A stretch of DNA of 64,000 nucleotides, from positions 29,512,001 through 29,576,000 of the forward strand of contig OX597817.1 in NCBI GenBank assembly GCA_951406725.2, read 5' to 3'. The translations under genes and the position numbers were made by a program. The stretch comes from Octopus vulgaris (Eukaryota). Positions 53,805 through 64,000 of the stretch are shown piece by piece. Below the pieces are notes generated by a model. That model did not search any database, was not told where the DNA came from, and saw nothing but the letters and a program-made list of their open reading frames with translations. Numbering within the stretch: position 1 is the first letter of the stretch; every line of letters begins with the position of its first letter.

Positions 53805-54381
53805 GCTCTTGAGAAGACCTGTCAAGCCAAGTGACATCATTGTCATGGCCGATGCTGGTGTTGCATGACTGGCCCCCATGCTGGTGGCACATATAAAGCA
53901 CCTACTACACTCTCGGAGTGGTTGGCATTAGGAAGGGCATCCAGCTGTAGAAACCATAATGATTCAGATTGGAACATGGTGCAGCTCCTCAGCTTACCAG
54001 TTCTCAGTCAAGCCATCCAACCCATGCCAGCTTGGAAAATGGACATTAAATGATGATGATGATAAAAAGCACATAAAAAGCACCAACCGATCGTGGCTGA
54101 TGCCAGACCCCTCTGGCACCTGTGCAGGTGGCACGTAAAAAGCACCCACTACACTCGCGGAGTGGTTGGCGTTAGGAAGGGCATCCAGCTGTAGAAACAC
54201 TGCCAGATCAGACTGGAGCCTGGAGCAGCCTTCTGGCTTCCCAGATCCCCGGTCGAACCGTCCAACCCGTGCTAGCGCGGAAAATGGACGTTAAACGATG
54301 ATGATGATGATGATGATGATGATGTGTTCCTGAATGAACTAAGCCTAGGAAAAAAATGCCAGCATGGAAAGTGGACATTAA

Positions 54382-54438
<57 letters not shown>

Positions 54439-54440
54439 GT
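53805..54440 (+). mobile_element. Three head-to-tail RTE family C 3' ends, each with a (GAT)n tail
   Basis: Tails at ~54050, ~54297 and ~54382. Confidence 0.8.
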
Positions 54441-54881
54441 GTGTTCCTGGATGAACTATGCCTAGGAAAAAATATTAAGAAAATTATGGCAAGAATGCCT
54501 TTGATCATTGACCAACTCAAGTCTAGACTGACCTGGAGCTAAACAATAATAAAGTTTTGAATTATGTTTCCTATGAATTGCTCAGAATCAAAATATATAT
54601 AACAATCTATTAGTAAACAATTCAATAATCAATAGTCTTGTTTGCATTAAATTCAGTCAAAATCCTCTCAGCTCAGCTGCTTCCATAAAGGGATTGGATG
54701 TGATTCTGTGATTTTCTTTTTATTTATGTAACATCTTTTCCTCCTCTTCCGAATACATGCATAGCTAAAGAGAGGGCCGGCCTCTACATAGTCATTTAAC
54801 TTCCTAGAGATAGAAGACAACTTATCCCCAAACCATACCCAACGTCTTATAAAAAGACACGTTGGGTAATGTGTCTGTGGG

Positions 54882-55091
54882 TACTCTATTACTCTTTTAC
54901 TTGTTTCAGTCATTTGACTGTGGCCATGCTGGATCACCGCCTTTAGTTGAGCAAATTGACTCCAGGACTTATTCTTTGTAAGCCTAGTACTTATTCTATC
55001 AGTCTTGGGGACGTAAACACACCAGCATCAGTTGTCAAGCAATGTTGAGGGACAAACACTGACACACAAACACACACACACACACACACAA

Positions 55092-55160
<69 letters not shown>

Positions 55161-55690
55161 TATGACAGGCTTGTTTCAGCTTCCGTCAACCAAATCCACT
55201 CACAAGGCTTTGGCTGGTTTGAGGCTATAGTAGAAGACACTTGCCCAAGGTGCCACTCAGTGGGACTGGACCTGGATCATGTGGTTCGTAAGCATGCTAC
55301 TTGCCGCATAGCCACTCCTATGCTTATTACTGATAAAACAATGAGAAAATCATGTCTTTTATATCTTTGATAGTAGGTTAGTCAAATAGGGCCCACTTGC
55401 GAATAAACAACATATGTAGTATTCACAAAGAATCAATTACTTCCTAAGGTTTTCTGGCTATAACTGCATAACTCCTATCTAATTCTTTTATTCTTTTATT
55501 TGGTTCAGTCACTTGACTGTGACCATGCTAGAACACTGCCTTTAGTTGAGCAAATTGACCCCAGAACTTATTCTTTGCAAGCCTAGTACTTATTCTATCG
55601 GCCTCTTTTGCCGAACTGCTAAGTTACGGGGATGTGGACACACTAGCATTGGTTGTTGGGAGGGGGGAACACAGCCACACAAACATACAA
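54882..55690 (-). mobile_element. Two SINE family A copies (54882-55322; partial 55483-55690)
   Basis: Reverse-complement matches to family A. Confidence 0.85.
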
Positions 55691-55727
55691 CATGCATATA
55701 CATAAATACATAAATAAATATATATGT

Positions 55728-55766
<39 letters not shown>

Positions 55767-55767
<1 letters not shown>

Positions 55768-57310
55768 TAGCATTATGACCCATCGTTGCTGGGTCATAGT
55801 GCTAGTGCATGTATATATGTGTATATATATGTGTATATATTACCTGTACATCTATATATATACATCTACACATAAAATACAAAATACAAAGTTATATCTT
55901 GATATCGCTAGTGATAACAATACTCAAAATATATAACAGACTGGAATTGTAGGCTCGTCTCTTGCAATTTCGATCAATTGTATCTTGTCCTCCCTCTTGT
56001 ATAGAAGTGTGGCTACAATCCAGCCTACCTCTACTTCTGGGGGGACATTTTACATTTTTATGTGGGACGTAGGACGTCTGAGATATAAAGGTGAAAATAA
56101 AATATTTCCACTTTGCAAAGTTTTTTTCTCTACATTGTATACTTTATAGACAATAGTCTTTTCTTTAATTTAATTTTTTATTTTGTTGGGTGGTGTTATC
56201 CTAGATTCACCGTCTTTGTCGGTGATCAATCTGAAATAGGTTTGTATTTCTTCCATTTTAATTTTAATGAGTTTGCGCCCGCTGACAGCTGCAGCGAAAT
56301 TCCTTTTTGGACTTTATTCTAGCGAAAGCATTTTAACAAAATTGCTTCCGTATAAACGGTGAAAATATTGTCAATTTCCCCAAACAATTCAATTTTCAAA
56401 CAATAACCAAAGCTCCTTTTCCCAAAGGGGGAGGGTTACAGTTTACAATTATTTACGAGGAACCAACAAACGTGATAACAATAGTTAAACAGTAATAATA
56501 ATAACAACAAACCTTACGGTTGATCAAAAAGCAGTATGCAGTTAAAGCTATAGTCCTTTATGTATAAGAAATAAACCAACAGCAGTACTCACTAGAAGCA
56601 GCTGTTTGAGAAAACAGACATTACATACAGCCAAACTTCATATAGATACTTAATGCTAGCTAATTAGCAGATAATCTAATGTAAAAGCTGTGTTAAAGCA
56701 TATGTGCACAGCTCCATCTGGACTATTCCATTTCTGCACACTAATTTTATTTTTAATTTATTCTCATTCATGTGAAACCACTTATTCAAGTTCAAGTCAT
56801 TGATGCAATTTTATACCAATTGCTATTTTTACTTTTGTTATGTTACAATTATATTATACTTTAGTTTGATTTTAATTATTACTTACTACATATAATTCAA
56901 TTGTTATTATTATTTTTATTGTTAAAGTGAAAGTATCTGACATAAAATAGAGAAATGTTTTTGTTTCACTTTTAACATGTAATACTGAAATAGTGGAGAA
57001 GATATGATATTGCTATGGGCTTGCCCTAGGCAAGAAGTTGAACATTTTTTTTTTGCCCATGAAACTACATGTGTAAAATTTTAATGAATTTGGTTGTGTA
57101 GTTCTCAAGTTTTAGGGAATCATAGTGGAGAAGATATGATATTGCTGTGGGCTCGCCCTAGGCAAAAAGTTAAAAATTCTTTTTGCCGATGACACTCCCC
57201 GGATCCTAAGTAAGGCATGTGTAAAATTTGAATAAAATTGGTTCTGTAGTTCTCAAGTTTTAGGGAAACACACAGACAGACAGGCACACATTCTCAGTTT
57301 TATATATATA
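55767..57310 (-). mobile_element. Larger non-autonomous Helitron-like element
   Basis: CTAG-bounded palindrome at 55767-55805 (3' end). 5' end TATATAAAACTGAGAATGTGTGCCTGTCTGTC. Internal ~132-bp tandem duplication at ~56990/57122. Confidence 0.6.
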
Positions 57311-57947
57311 CTAGCAGTATCGCCCGGCGTTGCTCGGGTTTGTAAGGGAAATAAATATATAAGCATTTTTAGAGAGTTATAGACAAAAAATAGCAAAAAA
57401 TGCATTAAAAATGGAAAAAATATGATGGTAAATTTTTTTAAAAATCGTTGACTCATCGTATACATTTTTAGAGAGTTACTTCCCTTATATAATAGCGACA
57501 AAATGCATTAAAATGGAAAAAAAACGATGGTAAATTTTTTTTTAAATCGTAGACTCATGTAGACGCTTTCTTAGCCATTTCTGTTTTGGTGTCTTCAAGC
57601 CATGAAGTCGTTGTTCTAAAAGAACACTGGTCTCCTTGACAACGCATTACGACGTTGATTTCCTTACACTCCCTTCCCCACAGGTGCAGGTGTGAGCGTG
57701 GACGCCAACTCCGCCGCCATCGACACACGAAAAATTATGCATTAAAATGGAATAAAAAATGATGTTAAATTATTTTTAAAATCGTAGACTCATTGTAGAT
57801 GCACGCTAATATTCAGACAGGCTCGATATGAATCACGACTATAAGCTACCCGAATTTGGTTAAACTGCACCGCAAAATGTGGGAGTAGTTAGGAATCTAA
57901 ATCGAAGGGGACAGACACTCACACAACTACAGTTTTATATATATAGA
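57311..57947 (-). mobile_element. Non-autonomous Helitron (same family as 24897 and 52027)
   Basis: Plus strand A|CTAGCAGTATCGCCCGGCGTTGCTCGGG ... TATATAGA|T. Confidence 0.9.
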
Positions 57948-57961
57948 TATACATAGCGCAG

Positions 57962-58322
57962 TAGTGGTGAGATGTGACAGCAAAGAAAAGCATACATTCA
58001 CTCTCTGCATGCAATTAGACTCGGAAAGTTCGTGAGGAACACATTGACCCAATTTGCTGACTTTTCCGATAGCACACAGGTCTCAATGAATGGTTGAATG
58101 ACCAAATCCAAGCTTCTCTGCTAGTTCCTCAACAGTTACGATGAGATTTTGTTCCACCAGGGTTTTCAGGATGTCCTTGTCGAGTTCTACAGATCTTTCA
58201 GGATGAGGCTCGTCTTCTAGGCTGTAGTTTATGGCTCGGGATTTCTGGAACCACCATTGACACTGCCTTACGCTTATTGTCCAATCCCCATATACTGCAT
58301 TAATATTTCTTGTACTTTGCAC
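57962..58322 (-). pseudogene. Mariner transposase N-terminal (HTH) fragment
   Basis: STRNINAVYGDWTISVRQCQWWFQK...SLEDEPH...TVEELAEKLG..STI, then GKVSKLGQCVPHEL (WVPHEL-like). Confidence 0.85.
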
Positions 58323-58509
58323 ACATTTATATTCTGTTATTCTTTTATATGTTTCAGCCTTGAGGTTGTGGCCATGCTGGATCATGTGTGTGTGTGTGTG
58401 TCTATCTGTCTGTCTGTCTGTATGTATATATGTATATGTATGTGTGTGAACAATAATATTTTCAACAGATGTGTTGCAAATGTATCTGATTGTTCTTAAG
58501 CTTCAATAC

Positions 58510-58690
58510 TGTGTGTGTGTGTATGTGTGTGTGTGTATGTATGTATGTATATGTATGTATGTATGTATATGTATGTATGTATGTGTGTATGTATGTATGT
58601 GTGTGTGTATGTATGTGTGTGTGTGTGTGTGTGTATGTAAGTATGTATGTATGTATGTATGTATGTATGTATGTATGTATGTATGAGTGT
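58510..58690. repeat. (TG)n/(TATG)n microsatellite
   Basis: Seen directly. Confidence 0.95.
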
Positions 58691-58705
58691 ATGTTTACTT
58701 TATTA

Positions 58706-59164
58706 CTAACACAAGCCACTACGGTTATTTAATGTAAAGTCTTCGTCAAATCACTCTCTCTCTCGCTATTTACTCTCTTCCAAGAACATTTTCACTCACT
58801 CTTAGCTCTTAGCTTCCCATACATTTTACTCATGTATCTATCAGCGTCATAGACAGAATACTTTCAGTTTAGTCTTCCTCAAATCACTCTGTCGCTATTT
58901 ACTTTCATTTTATTCGTTGCACACTGTGTGTGTGCGTTTGCATGTGGTGTAAACCAGACTAAGAAAAGCATTTGACACACACACCAAAATGTGAGTTTTC
59001 TGTAAATTTTGCTTAATTGGAGTTTAAATTTTAAAAACTGGACCTGGCATGACGCGATGCATTGTACCGTTAAAAATGCTAGGTAAATTGTAATTGAAGA
59101 AATCCTATATTGTAGATTTGTATAACTCCCAAAGGGAGGCAGATAAAATCTGCCTTTTATAATA

Positions 59165-59167
<3 letters not shown>
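58706..59167 (-). mobile_element. Helitron-like non-autonomous element
   Basis: Minus-strand 5' A|TCTTATTATAAAAGGCAGATTTTATCTGCCT with a subterminal palindrome; 3' end degenerate. Confidence 0.55.
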
Positions 59168-59199
<32 letters not shown>

Positions 59200-59203
59200 T
59201 ATG

Positions 59204-59245
<42 letters not shown>

Positions 59246-60461
59246 AATATATGTATATATATATATGTATATATATATATAAACAACATTCGAGCATCAT
59301 CGTTGCCAGTGCTGCCAGACTGGCTCCTGTGCAGGTAGCATGTAAAAACAACTTTTGAGCGTGGTTGTTGCCAGAATTGCCTGACTGGCCCTCGTGCTGG
59401 TGGCATGTAAAAGCACCCATTACACTCTCGGAGTGGTTGGCTTTAGGAAGGGTATCCATCTGTAGAAACTTTACTAGATCAGATTGAGCCTGGTGTAGCC
59501 TCTGTTTCACCAGTCCTCAGTCAAACTGTCCAACCCATGCCAGCATGGAAAGGAGATGTTAAACAATGATGATGATGATGATATATATATATTCAGTTTC
59601 TGTCTATGAAATCCACTCATAAAGCTTTGAGCAGCTCCAGGCTATAGTAGAAGACACTGGCCCAAGATGCCATGCAGTGGGACTGAACCCGGATCCATGT
59701 GGCTGGTAAGCAAGCTACTTACCACACAGCCACTTCTGAAATTTGTGCCAGATGTTTTAAAGATACATTATTAAAATCATATCATGTTTCATCTAATTTC
59801 CATTCTGTAAACTCTAAGAAAATAAAATGTTCTTTTTGATATGTCAGGCCTGTACATCAAGAAAAATGCATAGCCTAGAGAGAATTATTATTTGCTGTTT
59901 GTAAATGCACAAGAAATAAACATTTAATATTCTTTAAGTAGATAGTAAAGATTTAATAATACTACATTAACTAAGATGAAATATAAGACAAATGAATTTA
60001 GCCTTTTGGCTCAATTGTGAACTTGAAGAAAAATCAACTGTGTTGGCAGATAATTAATTCATTCCATACAGCCAGATTGAATGGAGATTTTCAATCCTAG
60101 ATTAAGCATCATCATCATCGTTGTCATCATCATCATCATCATCATCATCGTCATTATCATCATCGTCGTCATCATCATCATCATCATCATCATCTTCATC
60201 ATCATCATCATCATCATTATCCTCATGATCTTCACCATAATTTAACATCCATTTTTCAGTGCTAGCATGGGTTGGGTGGAGTTTATTGAAGTGAATCTTT
60301 TATGGTCACATGACCTTCCTGTTCGCAATCTTTACCTGTTTGCAAGCAAAATAACAGACTCTCTCTTGGCCAGACATGTTTTTGCAGAAAATTGGAAATG
60401 AATGACATTCATGTACAACCATCACATGATGTCAAAACAAAGAAACACAAACATACATCCT

Positions 60462-60492
<31 letters not shown>

Positions 60493-60654
60493 CAAACACA
60501 CACGCATGCACGCACACATATACATACATATATATATGTGGATTACATACATATTAGAGGGATAACTACTAAGTGGACATACATTATGCTAGAGGTAGAC
60601 CCCGTAAGGTCAGACCATTAAGAAAAGATTGTATATATATGTATGTATGAGTGT

Positions 60655-61478
60655 ACACCTGTTAAGGCAAGTGAATTCAAAATCAAATTCGCTGACATGG
60701 CCGATGACAGCACTACCTGACTGGCATCCGTGCTAGTGGAATGTTAAGAGCACCATCCAGGCGTGATTGTTGCCAGGGTTGCTGATGCTCCCAAGCCAGT
60801 GGCATGTAAAAAGCACCATTTGAGCATGATCGTTACCAGCATCGTCTTACTGGCTTGTGAAAAACAACATTCGAGCGAGGTCATTGCCCGTGCTGCTGGA
60901 CTGGTTCCTGTGCAGGTGGCTTGTAAAAAACACCATTCGAGCGTGGCCGTTGCCAGTACCGCCTGACTGGCCCTCATGCATGTAAAAGGCATGTAAAAGC
61001 ACCCACTACACTTGGAGTGGTTGGCATTAGGAAGGGCATCCAGCTGTAGAAACTCTGCCAGATCAGATTGGAGCCTGGTGCAGCCATCTGGTTCGCCAGT
61101 CCTCAGTCAAACCGTCCAACCCATGCCAGCATGGAAAGCGGAGACGTTAAACGATGATGATAATGATATATATATACGTAAAAGCACCATCCATTCGTGT
61201 CCGTTGCCAGCCTCGCTTGGCCCCCGTGCCGGTGGCACATAAAAAGCACCATCCGTTCGTGGCCGTTTGCCAGCTCTGTCTGGCACCTGTGCGGGTGGCA
61301 CGTAAAAAGCACCCACTACACTCACGGAGTGGTTGGCATTAGGAAGGCCATCCAGCCGTAGAAACACTGCCAGATTTGACTGGGCCTGATGAAGCCTTCT
61401 GGCTTCACAGACCCCAGTAGAACCGTCCAACCCATGCTAGCATGGAAAACAGACGCTAAACGATGATGATGATGATGA
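60655..61478 (+). mobile_element. Two consecutive RTE family C 3' UTRs with multiple tandem units
   Basis: Units GTGGCA(C/T)GTAAAAAGCACC; tails at ~61153 and ~61462. The second is nearly identical to 35645-35931. Confidence 0.8.
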
Positions 61479-61492
61479 CATATATATATAAA

Positions 61493-62078
61493 ACAGTTTT
61501 TGTCCACCAAATCCACTCACAAAGCTTTGGCTACTTGGGGCTATAAGAGAAGACACTTGCCCAGGGTGCCATGCAGTGGGACTGAATCCGAGCTTTTGAG
61601 AAACAAACTTCTTAACCACACAGTCATACCTACACCTATCATGACCGAAAATTTTGTAGTTGTCTTTGACAGGAGTGGCTGTGTGGTAAGTAGCTTGCTA
61701 ACCAACCACATGGTTCCGGGTTCAGTCCCACTACATGGCATCTTGGGCAAGTGTCTTCTACTATAGCCCCGAGCCGATCAATGCCTTGTGAGTGGATTTG
61801 GTAGATGGAAACTGAAAGAAGCCTGTCGTATATATGTATATATATATATGTGTATGTGTGTGTGTTTGTGTGTCTGTGTTTGTCCCCCTAGCATTGCTTG
61901 ACAACCGATATGCTGGTGTGTTTACGTCTCCGTCACTTAGCGGTTCAGCAAAAGAGACTGATAGAATAAGTACTGGGCTTACAAAGAATAAGTCCCAGAG
62001 TCGATTTGCTCGACTAAAGGCGGTGCTCCAGCATGGCTGCAGTCAAATGACTGAAACAAGTAAAAGAGTAAAAGAGTA
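61493..62078. mobile_element. Head-to-head SINE family A pair (61493-61640 minus, 61670-62078 plus)
   Basis: Inverted 5' halves ~30 bp apart. Confidence 0.85.
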
Positions 62079-62639
62079 TACTAAATCTATCAGATAATAT
62101 CTGAAAATAGGAATAAAAGAAGAAATTCTATTACATTTGATGTGTTTTATATTTCCCCATGTTTTGCATATACACCTGAAATGTTCTCCTTCATCCACTG
62201 AATCAACTCAGGTAAATTTCAGGGGTCAATAAACTGAATTATACTCCTCCTGCTTTATATAAGTGACCTACATACTGCTTCTTTGAATTATATACACTCC
62301 TATGCATGGTTTAGTGGTTAGGGTGTTGCACTAATGATCCACGATCATGGATTTGGTCCCCAGACCAGGTGGTGATTTGTGTTTTTGAGCAAAGCACTTC
62401 ATTTCATGCTGTTCTAGTGTGATGTGGGGACTGGCATGTCAAAAAATAGACCTAACATTTCCTTGCGTGTGTTGACGTAGGACTTGTACTCTGACCTCAT
62501 AAAATCCTCACTAGCAATGACTACCAAACAAAGGGTTGGAGGATTGTCACCTGAGCAATGCAAAGGTGTCACTCACCAGGAGCAGTAGGGAATCACCAAC
62601 AAATGGTGGATGCAGTGACATGTTGTTAGTGTATGCCCT

Positions 62640-62651
62640 TCTACTACTACA

Positions 62652-62731
<80 letters not shown>

Positions 62732-62784
62732 CACTACAGCTGCTGCTACTGCTGCTACTACTACTACTACTACTGCTGCTGCTG

Positions 62785-62815
<31 letters not shown>

Positions 62816-62862
62816 TACTGCTGCTGCTGCTACTACTACTACTACCACTACTGCTGCTGCTG

Positions 62863-62899
<37 letters not shown>

Positions 62900-62930
62900 A
62901 GCTACTACTACTACTACTACTATTACCACC

Positions 62931-62968
<38 letters not shown>
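62640..62968. repeat. (CTA)n/(CTG)n/(CCA)n microsatellite
   Basis: Seen directly. Confidence 0.95.
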
Positions 62969-62971
<3 letters not shown>

Positions 62972-63232
62972 AATGCAAACAAAACTTACATTTACTCTTT
63001 CATCATACATCATCTGCAAACTGAATTACCATTCCAAACAGACACAATTCTTTCAAGAAGGCACAAACAAGACAATGCTTTCTTAGCTTCAATCTATTCA
63101 CTAAATGATATGTAAGTGCTCTGATCAATAAGTATCCAGGAGTTGCCATAGTAACAAAGCTAAAGCACACAGAATAAAGCCCTTTGGCACAGACTAACTT
63201 TGAACTCTTCTGTATGCACACTAAGTTTTAAT

Positions 63233-63402
63233 GTACTAACTCACTTCCGCTGTTTACAGCAGTGCTTGGAAGGAAGGTGTGTAGCGTGTAATCATTGCAT
63301 TGACTATGTCAGAGAAAGTTGAGCAGAGAATCTGCATAAAATTTTTCCATAAGCTTGGCAACATTTGTTCAGGAGCCTACACAATGTTTTCAAAAAGTTT
63401 TC
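63233..63402 (+). pseudogene. Mariner transposase 5' fragment
   Basis: MSEKVEQRICIKFFHKLGN resembles mariner N-termini (EQR.CIKFC.KLG). Confidence 0.75.
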
Positions 63403-63404
63403 AT

Positions 63405-63797
63405 AGGCGCAGGAGTGGCTGTGTGGTAAGTAGCTTGTTTACCAACCACATGGTTCCGGGTTCAGTCCACTGCGTGGCACTTTGGGCAAGTGTCTTCTAC
63501 TATAGCCTCAGGCCGACCAAAGCCTTGTGAATGGATTTGGTAGACGGAAACTGAAAGAAGCCCGTCGTATATATGTAAATACATATATACGTGTGTGTGT
63601 TTGTCCCCCTAGCATTGCTTGACAACCGATGCTGGTGTGTTTATGTCCCCTTTACTTAGCGGTTCGGCAAAAGAGACCGATAGAATAAGTACTGGGCTTA
63701 CAAAAGAATAAGTCCTGGGGTCGAGTTGCTCGATTAAAGGCGGTGCTCCAGCATGGCCGCAGTCAAATGACTGAAACAAGTAAAAGAGTAAAAGAGT
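63405..63797 (+). mobile_element. SINE family A, young copy
   Basis: Full-length, CpGs retained. Confidence 0.9.
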
Positions 63798-64000
63798 AAT
63801 TGTTCTCAACACAATCAAGGAGATCTTGTGCAACTGAAACCCAAGTGTCTTTTTGGTCAGCTGAAAGCAGTTTTGGCACAAACTTGGCAGGCCCAAATCT
63901 TATACTCAAATCCTCAGTGATAATGGACTGAACAGAACCATAACTAATCTGCACATCCTTTGATAACTCTTGAATGGTGGTCTGACGATTTCCCTTCACA
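63798..64000 (-). pseudogene. Mariner transposase internal fragment
   Basis: NRQTTIQELSKDVQISYGSVQSIITEDL...AKFVPKLLSADQK (second HTH + WVPR-like motif). Confidence 0.85.

Overview
AT-rich, repeat-saturated eukaryotic non-coding DNA. The SINE, LINE and microsatellite repertoire looks like an octopus (coleoid cephalopod) genome; this is recognition from memory, not a database result. There is no intact protein-coding gene, and almost all ORFs in the track are microsatellite or SINE read-through. The window holds: (1) about 20 copies of a tRNA-headed CORE-type SINE and about 10 copies of a second SINE; (2) many 3' ends of an RTE-type LINE with (GAT)n tails; (3) R4/Dong-type RLE LINE fragments inside (TAA)n; (4) Penelope-like remnants and small inverted-repeat elements with degenerate hammerhead ribozyme cores; (5) non-autonomous Helitrons; (6) mariner and DD37D/maT transposase relics and a piggyBac-like MITE; (7) very long microsatellites. 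One or two isolated candidate exons suggest the window may lie in the introns of a large gene. The best leads are the hammerhead-bearing palindromic mini-elements, a tandemly repeated H-type-pseudoknot-like module in the RTE 3' UTR, and element families that each sit in their own microsatellite type. Boundaries are approximate unless termini are quoted.
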